Shown piece by piece: positions 50,481-62,790 of a stretch of 64,000 nt of DNA. Under the pieces are notes generated by a model, which saw only the letters and a list, made by a program, of their open reading frames with translations, had not been told where the DNA came from and searched no databases. The DNA comes from Rhina ancylostomus (taxonomy: Eukaryota): assembly GCA_030265395.1 (NCBI GenBank), contig JARFYF010000052.1, positions 124,275,050 to 124,339,049 on the forward strand, written 5' to 3'. Both the position numbers and the translations under genes were made by a program. Numbering within the stretch: the stretch's first letter is position 1; every line of letters starts with the position of its first letter.

Positions 50481-51361
50481 TATAATGAACTGCTGATGTG
50501 CTATATTTGGCAGTATATTGGTATCCCGAGAAGATATCTAATTACCCGGACCCTGTACTCAGGAATTCACTCCAGGAGCTGCTGCCTTTTTATCCACATC
50601 ATTGAATTTATTGCACCTGACCTGGTATCGCCCGATACAGCTCCTGTACCAAACTTTGTTCACTAAAACTCCCATGAAGCATCTTGAATCATTTTATTAG
50701 GCACTACGCAAATGCAGATTGTCTAAATAGGGAAATTATGTGAATGGTTCCATTGGGAGTAGGCCTTGGGGCAGCCGGTATTGACCTATCCCTGTGACAA
50801 GATCACTTACTTTGACATATGTTATAATCTAATTGTTTCCCATGTGCGCAAATTCAGTTTGATTCGTAGCCAGTGCATATCACTTTACTTTGGAAAAACC
50901 TGAGAGTTTTTATTCCAGTCATAATCCCAAACTATTGAAACAAGGAGTTCCCAATAAATGGGATTCCACATCCACGGGTAGTGGTTCTTCATTTAATGCA
51001 CACTTACATCGGTTGAAAGAAGTGGAGATATAGTGTATACATGTGCATACTCGCTGTTAGGTAACCCTCCTGAGCCTTATTGAAGGGTGGGGGGAAGAAG
51101 GCGCTTTCTGCCTGGAGTACTTTGACTGGACAATCACCTGAGGAAAAACTTGTGCTGTTGAATATGTTTGGCAAAAGTATTCCCTTGACCGCTGTGCTCC
51201 ATTGTGAATAGGTATGCTGAACGTAAAGCATTCTGCTAGTCTGTTTTGTGAAGATGTTTTGAAGACCTGCACTGAATAAGTTTGTAATGAAGTTGTTATT
51301 TAGAAGAATTCCCAAGNNNNNNNNNNNNNNNNNNNNNNNNNNNNNNNNNNNNNNNNNNNNN

Positions 51362-51745
51362 AGCAGGATCATCTGGTCCTTTGAACCTGCTCCACTGTTC
51401 ATCAAGATCATGATTCGACTGCCTCGGTGCCGTTTTCTGCACGATCCGCAATATCCCAAGTGTCCAGAAATCTATTGATGTCTGCTTTGATGGAACACAA
51501 TAAACTGAGCCTCCCTGGACTCCTGGATAAAGAATTCCAAAGATTCACTCCCCTATGTCTGAAGATTTTTTTTCTCTCTTCTCAGTCCTACCACTTATTC
51601 TAAAACTGTGCCCACTGGGTCCTAGAACTCCACAGCCAGGAGAAACATCCTCCCTGCATCAAGCCTGTTAAGCCCTTTAAGAATGGTGCATGTTTTGATG
51701 AGATCTCCTCTGATTCTTCTAAACTCTTGAGACTAAAATACCAGT
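51362..51745 (-). mobile_element. CR1 3' end
   Basis: CCTGCTCCACTGTTCATCAAGATCATG...AGAATTCCAAAGATTCAC...GAGATCTCCTCTGATTCTTCTAAACTC. Confidence 0.85.
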
Positions 51746-53218
51746 GATATTCTCGGAAAGTTAATGGACCCTAGCAATGAGAACAATGTTAGGTGTTGGG
51801 TAATTCCACACCCCCACTGGACCCTAGACATTACCTCCTGAACTGATAGTTGTTTAACATCAGTGGAGAGCAAGTAAACCAGAAGAAAGGCCAAATGACT
51901 CCTGGAAGCATGGCTTCCAGCCATTCATAGTCAGTGGCCATAAACTGTAGTTCCATTTGCTATTAATAAATAATATTAATGGACGGGGGAACAGGTGTGT
52001 AGTGAGAGTGCATCTTTTAATATTTAAAAATCCCAGAAAAATGGGTCTCCCTTGGAGACCATCATGTATAATACCAATGCAATTACCGCTTTCGAAATCA
52101 GTTTCTAGACTACAGCAAGCCAGACTGAGAGGCTGATTGGGTAGTGCTGTGGCTGGGGAGGAGACACTGGAATCAGATGGGGGGGTAGGGGTGGCTGATG
52201 ATTGGGGATTGGGAGAGATGTTGGGATCAGGGGAAGAGTTGCAGAGGACTCAATTGGTAGGAAATCTCAGCATGTAGTCTAGGAAATGGTGGGGGTCAGG
52301 AGAGGGTGTGTGGAAGTGGGGACGTGATCACAAACATGGGAGGGTATCAGAAGGCATCTGATTGTGGGTGATCCAACCACTGGAGATGTTAAAGGGATAA
52401 TTTAATGGGCCGGGGCAAAGTTCTCCTCTTCTACCTGGCCCACAATCAATGGTGGAAAGGGAGTTATTTTGCTTCCTTCCGGCAGTCGGGTCTACTGTGG
52501 CATGCAAACAAAGAAGCTCATTGCCTCAGATCTACTTCCTGAAAGCTGATTGGTTATGTACACCTTGCTGTGTCTCCTTTGAAACCAAAAGTGAGTGAGT
52601 TGAATTCCAGTTCAAAAAAACGTTAACATAGAGCTTCCTACTTGACCTAAACCCAACAATTCCAATGAATTTAAATCATTGCCTCTTGTGATCTTGATGT
52701 AGGTCATGCTGATAGTACTTACAAGTAACAACGTTTGTTATTTTTCTTTTGCTTTGACACACTGTATTCAATTTGCGCTGCAGTGCATTTTTAAATTTTT
52801 TATTATTATCCATCTTTTTATTGTTACCCATCATTCTAACACCAGGTGAGCAGTGTTTTTCCTTCAGGCCTAACTGCTTCAATTTAGATGGGGATTCTTC
52901 AGTTTATTGAAATGGTAAGGTCAGGGCAACTGCAGTGTTAATGATGATCTGGAATGAAACATCAGTGTGGCTTTTACTGGTCGGTTACTCTTACTTTTGC
53001 CAGCCGTGATTTGCTTGATGCTAAAATGAGATGGCTGCAGTGAACATTCTGAGGTAAATGGCTCTCCTTTAGAACAGCTATAAAAGGGGAACAGTCAAGC
53101 ATTAAGAATGAGTGCCCAGTCTTAATCCAACTGACTGTGTAGCTAAATTATTGTCATGTCAAAATACCGAAAATTGTAGTGAATGAAGGACAAAGTGCAT
53201 GCTTCTATTTTTTAAAAG

Positions 53219-53666
53219 CACCAGGTTTAGAGACAGCTTCTATCCCACTGTAATAAAACTATTGAACAGTTCCCTTATACGATGAGATGGACTCTGACCT
53301 CACTATCTACCTTGTTGTGACCTTGCACTTTATTGCCTACCTGCACTTCACTTCCTCTGTAGCTGTGACATTTTACTCTGTGCTGTTATTGTTTTTACCT
53401 GTACTACCTCAATGCACTCTGTACNNNNNNNNNNNNNNNNNNNNNNNNNNNNNNNNNNNNNNNNNNNNNNNNNNNNNNNNNNNNNNNNNNNNNNNNNNNN
53501 NNNNNNNNNNNNNNNNNNNNNNNNTTTTTACCTGTACTACCTCAATGCACTCTGTACTAACTCAGTGTAACTGCACTGTGTAATGAATTGACCTGTACGA
53601 TCGGTGTGCAAGACAAGTTTTTCACTGTATCTAGGTACAAGTGACAATAATAAACCAATACCAATA
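53219..53666 (+). mobile_element. Rex-Babar LINE 3' end
   Basis: TRFRDSFYPTVIKLLN, then a 3' UTR matching the reverse complement of 46031-46260. Tail AATAAACCAATACCAATA. Confidence 0.88.
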
Positions 53667-55189
53667 AAAGAACTCAAGCAATCTAGGGACATGCAGTGTG
53701 GTTGGAGGAGGCACTGATGTTCAATTGCCTTTAACCCCAACACAATAATCCATTAAACATATTAAGGATTCATGTGTGTGCCTCTGTTTTACATGAATCT
53801 CCAGATTCCTGAACAGGTCCCAGCAAATGTCCTGTCACTGGTCTTCATCTTGGATAAATATTTTGACCTATCCCCGTCAGCACTAATCTGTAGTTATTGT
53901 GTAGTCTAAACATGTAACAAAAACCATGTCTGATCGCAATGAAAACTAATTGTTGCAAATAGGATGTGGTGTGAGGTCTGCTGCATTTGTTATTCCATTA
54001 TAGATCTAGATCTGATATGAAATTAAAGTCTTGCATTCGTCACGTGCTCTTTCAGACTTCCTGTCACCACACATCTGAGGCAATACCACAGCAAATCAGA
54101 ACTGTAGAATTTAAGGAACCTGTAGATCAAAGGAAAAAAGTAATTTAAACTGCTATTGTCAAACCACAAAATCTTGAGGGAACAACCTATTATGAATGAC
54201 CTATTAAGAAAATTTATCACTACAATCAAATGACTCAAATTGTTTTTTTTTGGGGAAATTGCCATATTTTTCTCAAATAGAAATTTCTGCTGTCTACAAA
54301 ATCTTGTTTGTTTTTCTTGAAAATGTGATTGAGGCCATCCATTAAATTATTTCTTCATCATTTAATCCTTCACCCGAATTGTTATTTGAAAGCGGTCTTG
54401 GCTGGAAACGCTCAAACACCAAATGTTAGCTGAAGATGGGCCCTGCGGCATCACACAGTGCAGTAGCCATTGTTTTCAAAGAAGTATCACCAAATATGAG
54501 ATCTACTGACATAGTCCTGTTCATTCTTCAATAATATCTATTTGGTTACTTTTAAAGGGCAAATTCCCAAAGCTTTATTTAGGTAAAGCAAATATCACCT
54601 GCGCTTTACTTGCAAACAGTGACCACTGTGCTCGTAAAAGATAGGGAGGAAAAAATGCTTGCTTCAAATCTGAAAATAAAACACTACCATGTCCATAGCT
54701 TGTAGCTTACCACCAAATTATTCGAAAGAGAGTTTGATTTATCCAGCCACTTTAAATTCATCATGTAAACGTCACCATCATTATAATAATTGAATCGCCT
54801 CAAGTGTGCAGTGGGCATTTCCAGGAAGAACTTTTTTGATACTACTTTTAAAAATGTTAGAAGTACCAGTAAAACACTGACCCAGCATCTGATTGTTCAG
54901 AGATCCTGATGGTCTGATATCTGGCTCACTCGTGAGTCTGGAATGTGAGCCGGGGTCCAGAGAGCAAATGAGCTGTGCAGTGGAGGTAGGATCCAGACTG
55001 TGGATCAAGTGTACAGATGGAGCCGGTGTTGGGGTCTGGAACACCAGGGGTCAGGGAGGTGGGTTTGTGGCTCAAACTGGGGATCAGAGCACTTGTATAT
55101 TCCCTGCTCCTTCTAACCTCGCTGGAAAACTTGTTATGCTGCTGTGTAATATGGAAGAAAAGTGAAATATAAGTGTGTTTGGGTATTGG

Positions 55190-55333
55190 AGACGCCAGAG
55201 ACTGCAGATGCTGGAATCTGGAGTAATAAACAATCTGCTGGAGGAAATCAGCAGGTTGAGCAGCAGCTNNNNNNNNNNNNNNNNNNNNNNGGAGGAATTG
55301 TCAACATTTTGGGTCAAAACCCTGCATCAGGAC
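55190..55333 (-). mobile_element. Penelope terminal repeat (GTC/GAC subfamily)
   Basis: GACTGCAGATGCTGGAATCTGGAG...GTCAACATTTTGGGTCAAAACCCTGCATCAGGAC. Confidence 0.75.
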
Positions 55334-56007
55334 GGTGTTTGGATTGTAGTAGGAGTAACGTCTTATGGTCTGGAAGATCTATTAGTCCAGGGCTATTAAT
55401 GTCCCAGGGGTTCCAGATTATCAGTGTTTCACTGTATTCGCTACACATGTCTGGTTAAGATAGGACGGAGAAGGCAGTGTTGGAAAATTGGCAGCTTGAA
55501 ATAGGTGCAGTCGTATGATTGTAGCAGTCTTTGGAATAAGTTCTGTTTTCATGGTTAACTAGTCAGAACTTGTATCTTGCCGACTGCACAATTATCCACG
55601 CCATTCATTCATCAGTACAATTTTATGTTTTATTCTCGGAGCGGTTTGCTTCAAGTGCCACCATTTTATTTGATATGCCAAAGTAATTTTTTTTAAATGG
55701 CATCTAATTCAGAAAGTCTGCAGAAAGGAACAATAATCTTGTACTAATTGTGCTATGCTTCTAGTGCCTTTTTTTAAAAAAAATCAACATTAATTCTGTT
55801 GTGTTGGTGTTAGGTTAAAATAGTTGTGTTTTAATCAGAATGCTTAGCCTGTTTACAGGCAGAGTACACCGACTCCCCCCTTAGTACTATAGATATATTT
55901 TCATATAGATTCTTCAGTATCATTTGTACAAATAATACTCTTAAATTGATGTTTTAGCTGAACATCAGTAATTACAATGAATTAACAGAGGTATTTTCAA
56001 CAACAGA

Positions 56008-56537
56008 AAAATGTAATACTACTACTGAAATTAGGAAATTAAAACAGAAAAATGTGTAAGATACTCAGTAGATGAAGCTAGAGAAGAGAAACAGAGTTAA
56101 TGTTTGGGGTCAATGATCTTTCATCAGAACCTAAACAAGTTATAGAGATACAATGTTTTGAGATGTCAAGAAGGAGGAGGAGGGACAGAACAAAAGGAGA
56201 GGTTTGTGATATGGTAGATTGCAGAGGATATTACATGACAACAGGTATTATAGTACAAAGTAGAAAATGGTGATCACAGAGTATACAACAGTACAGCACA
56301 AGAACAGGTCCTTTGGCCCACAATGTCAGTGTTGAACATGATGCTGAATTAAATTAATTGTCTTCTGCCTATACATGATCCATATCCTTGATAATGGTAC
56401 AAGATATGAAAGATGGTCCAGAGCAGGTAAAAATTGGAATAGCAGAATTGTTATCTGTATCTTGAGTCCAGAATGGTGTAATACATCAATCAAATGCTGA
56501 AATATTGTTTGCAGTGCTTATGTTGAATGACATTGGA
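56008..56537 (-). mobile_element. Penelope-like element 3' end: ORF C-terminus, UTR and terminal repeat
   Basis: Minus strand 56537-56450 gives SNVIQHKHCKQYFSI*L and LHHSGLKI (compare PLE GIY-YIG C-terminus ..QRKLEEQHLIFRLGTLQPSGLNI). The terminal repeat follows. Confidence 0.7.
56275..56390 (-). mobile_element. CR1 3' tail nested in Penelope
   Basis: CAGTACAGCACAAGAACAGGTCCTTTGGCCCACAATG. Confidence 0.75.
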
Positions 56538-57261
56538 TATTTTCAGTGGTTTGTACCCTTTCAGGAATAATGATTGGGAGTAAGTATACTAATTGTAGCG
56601 AAATGTGAGGAATACTGCTGTGTACACCACATCAGTGCCGACATAACTATGAAACATCTTTTTAAATAAAAAGTATAAAATGCTATAAAGGGGAAAAGCT
56701 AGACAAGTGCATCAAACTGGTCTAGCTCATTTGAACCACCTTAGCAGCTCTGTAAGGGCTGGCCCTCCATTAAGTGGAAGGACGTCTTTGTACTGTTTTT
56801 GGAAATTAGTCGTGGTTTCCAAAATAATTTTCTTTTGTCAGCACTCTTACCAGTATTTTAGTTGCATCTCACTTGGGGTTTGGCATCATGCAATGACGCA
56901 TGTTGAATATTGTAGCATCGTACTTCCTGTACGTGATTTGATAGATCCCTGGTGCAATACTGCTGCATAATAAATCTCCTTTTAAAAATTTTGCACAGAA
57001 TGTATCAGTAATTTCTCAGTAGTTTATGAATAACTTTGTATTATTCATATTTATATAAACTGGCTTGATTTCTATTGTGCACTTCTAGTAGTAGAAAGGA
57101 GAAAGTTATATACTAATCAACTAAACTATTGGAATCTTATGAATTATTCAAGTTCTATTTTAACCCATGAACTACAACATCTCTGATTAAAATGGAGAAT
57201 TTCTAAGACAGTAATGAACTCTGGTTAACATTACCTCGATGTAAATATGAAAATCAAATTA

Positions 57262-57565
57262 AAAAGGCAGAAATATAACCAGAAAACTTTGGAAATAGCA
57301 GGTTGAGTAACATCAGTGAAGAAAGAAACAAGACTTAATCAAAATAAAAAATACATCTATAGACACTGGAAATCTGAAATAAACAGAAAATGCTGGGAAA
57401 ACCCAGCAGGTTGGGTAGCATCAGTGGCAAGAGAAACAGTTAACATTTTGGATCTGAGATACAGAACTGATGAAAGATCTTTGACCTGAAATGCTAACCA
57501 TTTCCCTTCCCACAGAAAATGCCTAACCTGAATCTTTTTAGCATTTTTTGTTTTAAGCAAGATTT
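57262..57565. mobile_element. Penelope terminal repeats: two tandem minus copies, then an inverted plus copy
   Basis: AGCAGGTTG..TA.CATCAGTG occurs at about 57298 and 57406, followed by CTGATGAAAGATCTTTGACCTGAAATGCTAAC at 57467. Confidence 0.75.
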
Positions 57566-58112
57566 AATGTTTGGTTTGATGGCTATTCATCAAATATAAA
57601 GCTAACTTTTGATCTAAATAATTTTTAAATCACAATTTTTTTTACATCACAATTTTGTGTTCTTTATCACCAAAGTACTAGTTGTTTCCTTTCTTGGTGA
57701 TGTTGATTTGGTCAACTCCGCATCTCCCAGCACACCACTTGGACTCCATTGATGTCATCTGGATCTGACTTTTGCCTAAACCCTGGGCGAGGGAGCTACG
57801 ATGTGTGCTGATGTGTCTACAGTTGCCAAGAAATGCAGTGAAGACCAAGTTCTGATTGTGAAGTGTTCTTCCTGGCCTTAAGGAATCTTCAGGACTGCCT
57901 GTTCCAAGATTTCCTATCCCCTAAATTTCCCCAGGAGAATCATGGTCAAGGAATCTTGTGCTAGATATCATTCCTACAGCAAGCTGTCCATTTCAGCAGC
58001 TGAGCAGCTATGACCAACTTACTTAACCAACTATCCCCTTCCCTACAACATTAAAACAGGTTGGCCACTTTTTACACTGTGTTCCTGCCTGCAAGATTAA
58101 ACTCTCAGTCTG

Positions 58113-58220
58113 AAAATAAAACAAAACTGCAGATGCTGGAGATCTCCACTCTGATGAAAAGTCTTTGACCTGTTTCTCTTTCTGATCTGCTGAGTATTTC
58201 CAGTATTTTCTATATTTTAT
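58113..58220. mobile_element. Collapsed inverted Penelope terminal repeat
   Basis: ACTGCAGATGCTGGA, then CTGATGAAAAGTCTTTGACCTG...CTGCTGAGTATTTCCAG. Confidence 0.65.
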
Positions 58221-58234
58221 AACCTGTAGTCTTA

Positions 58235-58927
58235 GTTTAATGTTTTGGTTACCCTGCTATAGAAAAGATGCCATTATGCTGGAAGGAGTGCAGAGGAGAT
58301 TTACAAGGATGTTGCAGGGACTCAAGTCATGGAGAGAAGTTGAGCAGTTGGGATGTTATGCATTGGAGCATAGGAGAATGAGTGTATTTTAAATCTTAAG
58401 GGGCACAGATAGATAGGGTAAATGCACTTAGTCCTTTTCCCAGGGTTGGGGAATCAAGAACTAGAGGGTGTAGGTTTAAGGTGAGAGGGGAGGGATTTAA
58501 TAGGGACCTGAGNNNNNNNNNNNNNNNNNNNNNNNNNNNNNNNNNNNNNNNNNNNNNNNNNNNNNNNNNNNNNNNNNNNNNNNNNNNNNNNNNNNNNNNN
58601 NNNNNNNNNNNNGTAAATGCACTTAGTCCTTGGCCCAGGGTTGGGGAATCAAGCACTAGAGGGTGTAGGTTTAAGGTGAGAGGGGAGAGATTTAATAGGA
58701 GCCTGAAGGGCAACTTTTGTACCCAGGGGATGGTCTGCGTATGGAATGAGCTGCCAGAGAATGTGGTTGAGGCAGGTACATTAACAGTATTTAAAAGACA
58801 CTTGGCTAGATAGATGGATAGGAAAGGTTCAGAGGGATTTGGGCCAAAGGGGACTAGCTTGGATGGGAATCTTGGCTGGCATGAACCAGCTGGGCCAAAG
58901 GGCCAGTTTCCATGCTGTATGACTATG
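58235..58927 (+). mobile_element. CR1 (HER1-like) 3' end with gap
   Basis: WLPCYRKDAIMLEGVQRRFTRML and CVWNELPENVVEAG. Tail GCTGTATGACTATG. Confidence 0.92.
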
Positions 58928-59002
58928 CATCTGTCACTTCACGACAGCCTAAATCACATCAGCAGTATATAGGTATTAATTTTAAACAAACTTGGTGATT
59001 TC

Positions 59003-59176
59003 ATTTAGTTATTTGTAGCAGGCAGGTGTACTGGCAGGTCAGCATTTGTTACTCAAACTTAAATTCCTTTGGGAAGGTGGTGAAGGTGCTGTTAGGAGTC
59101 CCGGGATTTGACCCGGTGATGATGAAGGAACAGTGATGTATTTCCAAGTTAGGAGAAAGTGTGAGACTTGTGGAGG
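59003..59176 (-). mobile_element. CR1/L2-group LINE 3' end, old
   Basis: CAGCATTTGTT...GGGAAGGTGGTG...GTGCTGTTAGG...TTTGACCC...GAAGGAAC..TATTTCCAAGT, a recognisable elasmobranch LINE terminus. Confidence 0.55.
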
Positions 59177-59261
59177 CTGTTGGAGTGGAAGATGAGAACC
59201 AGGAGGGGATGGAGATGCGGGAAATAAATGAGACTGATGTATAGAAGAAGGAAGCCATTGT

Positions 59262-59337
59262 AGCTTGAAACATTAAAAATGTTTCTTTTTCTGCAAATGT
59301 TGCCTAATCTGCTGAGTGTTTCCAGCATTTTCTGTTG
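59262..59337 (+). mobile_element. Penelope terminal repeat fragment
   Basis: TGAAACATTAA...TGCCTAATCTGCTGAGTGTTTCCAGCATTTTCTGTT. Confidence 0.7.
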
Positions 59338-59349
59338 GCACTGAAGAAG

Positions 59350-59460
59350 GTTGGATGATCTTTTGTCCCATTTGCTGTTAATATGACTTTGCTGTGTGTA
59401 ATTGGCTGCTAGGTTTTGTCGACACAACAATGACCTCACTTTTTTAAAAAAAATTGCCGT
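59350..59460 (+). mobile_element. Deu-SINE fragment
   Basis: TTTGCTGTT...TTGCTGTGTGTAATTGGCTGC...ACAACAATGAC. Confidence 0.5.
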
Positions 59461-59569
59461 GTGTGTGTTTTGGCAAGAGGTAACGATTTGATAAGGCAGA
59501 GAGGTCAGCTTGAATATTGAGTCTGGATTTGGCCTGGAGCATTGGAGAAATGTCAGTGTCATAACCATC

Positions 59570-60230
59570 CTTTAATAGAAGGAACCAAAACTAATCTAGA
59601 AATTACAATCCATTTATCTTGGCAGCTGCGGTAGGAAAAATGTAAGACTCCGACAAAGCATAACATGGGAGTTTGTTAAAGAAGATGGAAATATATTGGA
59701 TTGAGAGATTTAAAATTTGTTGGATGGCAGAAAACAAAAGATTGCTATTAGAGACTATCTTTTCAGAATGGTTGGGAGGGAATCTACCTCAGATGTCGTT
59801 TTTTTTATTGTGGACATTTATTAACTTAGATAGAAGTCTACAGAGGATGCTGCACCCTCTTTTCAGAATGGAAGGTGAACTGATAAAGATGAACCAAAGA
59901 GAATGTTTCTTGGACTTCATTTAGGATATTGTATGCAGTGTTTGTCTCAAAAATATAGGTAGGGTTTCCTGCAAGTTCACTAGGAATGTGGGAAAGCAAC
60001 CATGGCATAGGCCTTGGAAAATTTTTCTTTACTTCATTGGAACAATGAGGTTAATTGGCAATATGGTATGAGTGCTTTAAAAACATATGCATTGTTTTAG
60101 ATTGATGCAGATTATTTCAAGTTGTTGAATGTTCACTGATACAAGGCTAAATTAATAAGCCTTTGAACAGAGCACAAAATTATGACTTGGGGAGATAGCT
60201 TTCATGATTAGTGGATGGGCCCGGAGTTCT
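59570..60230 (+). mobile_element. Very old CR1 RT relic
   Basis: Decayed, ordered traces of the NYRPVSLT..VGK, WL..RKQRV and YCVQFWSP motifs and a 3' UTR (GATGGGCC). Confidence 0.45.
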
Positions 60231-60964
60231 GTCAACATTCAACATTAGGTTGGGCATGTAGACAAGCTAGATGGGAATACCAGGCTCTGAGCAGTTGGCG
60301 TAAGGTAATTGAAGTTTGCAAGGAGGGTAAATGACAAGCAGAGACTGGTTCAATCAATTGCTACATTTCTGTATCGCTTCCAGTAAGCCATTGCTAGCAG
60401 GTTTGTGTCTGTTTCATATGTGCTGAATAGGTTCATTACTAAAGTAACAAGGATTTCAAGAGAAAATAAAATGAAAGCCACTTTAGAGCAAAATAAAGAA
60501 AATATGAAATATTCAAAATAATAAGATATCAAATGTTAATACAATCAGAAAGTCCATCAAATTGAATTTAGAATTTATTCATATAAGACCATTTTACATT
60601 ATACTTTAAAAGATATCAAGGGAAATTAAATGATCATGCCCAGCTGTATTTGCTTTATGCTGGATACAGGCACAATATGGTTCTCTAAAGGGTGATGAGG
60701 ACTGATTAGCTTCTGAGGACTAGGAAATGTCAGATTCATTAAACACCTTCTTAGGCAAATGGGTGAAAGTGTCAACCAAGGAAGATTGATGAAGAAATGC
60801 CATAGACCTGCAGGAAAAATCTTTAGAAAGGAAGGAGGTTGTAAATTAAATATGAAAAAAGATCATTGAAATACCAGAGGCTGACTGCTATGATTGGTTA
60901 AGAGAACACAGAGCTTGGAAGGCTTTGCTTCCAAATTTTCATTTTATGAAACTAACTTTTTTTT

Positions 60965-61070
60965 TCTTTCTTTTCCCAGTTCTGAAGAAAAGTCTCTGAG
61001 CTGTTTTGCTTTATATAGACGCTGCCTGACCTGCTGAGTGTTTCATCTACAGTTTTTATGATTTCCATTT
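60965..61070 (+). mobile_element. Penelope terminal repeat fragment
   Basis: CCCAGTTCTGAAGAAAAGTC...GACGCTGCCTGACCTGCTGAGTGTTT. Confidence 0.7.
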
Positions 61071-61169
61071 TGAAGCCTGCCACTCATTTGTGGGTTTGGA
61101 AAGTCTCACTGAGGTGGTGTTACGGTGAATGCTAAGAAGTTGTCGACCTTAGACTTTCTAAAAGAAATG

Positions 61170-61420
61170 GAAACACTTATGTGTGTAGCATGTTTCACGG
61201 TCTTAGAGCATCAAAAAATATTTTGCAGCCAATTAAGTATTTTTAAAGTCATTGTTGTGGAAGTTGTGGCAAAATTATCACAGCAAGCTTCCACAAGCAG
61301 CAAAATGAGAACAGCTTAGAGCAAGATGGGGTGTTAATTTGTCAGCTAATCTTTCCCAGCAGAATACTTGGGCTCAAGTGTACAACATTCCATGTTGTCT
61401 TAAATCTACTTGGATTTAAA
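61170..61420 (-). mobile_element. Deu-SINE, decayed
   Basis: GCAGCCAATTAAGTATTTTT...CACAGCAAGCTTCCACAAGCAGCAA. Confidence 0.6.
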
Positions 61421-62439
61421 GCTATGTTGCATGTTTTGAATTGCTACTGAAGAGGTCGACTGGAGTTTTCCTTTGGCTGAGAACATAAATGAAGTCAATG
61501 AGCTCAGGTTACTTATAGAAAAATAAAGGTTAAGGGTGATGTGGTGATTGATTTTGCAATGATTTGTAGAGAAAATGTCAGATGGATTGTAATGAAGCAG
61601 TTTCTAACAAAGTAACATGAAGTTAATTTCCTGCTGGCAAAGGCTCCTTGTGTTGGACTTTTTGTGTGATATCTTATAGTTGCATAAAGACAGACAAAAG
61701 CTTCTGAGTGAAAGTTTTGATGAGGGTTGCAAGCTGAAGTCATGTTGTCGTGGAGAAAGTGAGTCAGTGAATCTGGAGTCATGTGTGTTTAACTGATTTT
61801 CTTAAAATGACTACAGGATTTGTAAATTCGGCAATGTGGAGTGAGTTATTGATGTATTTTACATTTTTGGGGGGTGAGTTAATGAACCAAAAGACACTCA
61901 CATTACTAAATGGATGTGATGGCCTTGTTAAGCCAACTTGCCTGAAGATTCAATTAGTGCTGTTTTAATCCTGAGTTATGTAGCTGGAGTGAGACACAAT
62001 GACAAGAATTTTCAGGACCTTTTATGATATTCCGACATTTCAACAAGGCATTTCAGGGTGTAAGTTAATGGAGTGCTGGGAGAGTGACTGCTGTTGTATG
62101 CTCTAGGGATTGTGTGGTTCTCTTCACACAATACTGGGCTGGAGTGTTTGTCAGATCAATGGATCAACGAATCACTTGCTTTCATTCTACTACCCACACC
62201 TCCCCTACTCTCCATCCCCTCTGTGACCTGCAGCCTGACCACAATCTCCCAAGTCCCCAGCCTCAGAATCTCGATGCTGCAGTTAACTCGGGGCCCCAAC
62301 CTCCTCAGTCTGTGGCTGCCACTCCTTTTCCCCTACTCCCGCCCCTCAACCTTAAACTGCTGAGGTTAAATACCCCAGTCCTCCCCAACAACCTGTGGCT
62401 GTTGGCTATATGAAGTTAGCCTCCAAAAGATTATCAGTT

Positions 62440-62790
62440 GATGCATTTTCACAGCTGATAAAAGGAAAAGATAAGGTGACAGTGAGATTTTTTGCCCCCA
62501 TAGTGAAGACATTTAAAACCAGAGCACTTAAATTTAAGGTGAGAAATAAGACAGTTAGAGGGGATCTGGGGAAAAATAAATTCACTTGGGATGGTTGCAA
62601 TCTAGAATGTATTGCCTAAGGTGGTGGTGGAGGCAGGCACTCTCACAATGTTAAAAACCGATCTGGACGAGTACCTGAATTGCCAAGGTATGGAAGGCTG
62701 TGGATGAAATGTTAGTAAATGGTATTAGTGTGGATGGGATCTTTATGGTCAACGTGGACCTGCTGGGCCTGTTTCTGTGCTGTATGATTA
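62440..62790 (+). mobile_element. CR1 3' end
   Basis: KGKDKV...KTRALKFKVR...RGDLGKN. Tail GGGCCTGTTTCTGTGCTGTATGA. Confidence 0.85.

Noticed and set aside
53078-53090. TATAAAAG TATA box
   Set aside because: An isolated motif with no other promoter evidence, expected by chance in AT-rich DNA.
59115-59160. GTGATGATGA resembling a C/D snoRNA C-box
   Set aside because: It is part of an antisense LINE terminus, with no terminal stem or D-box evident.
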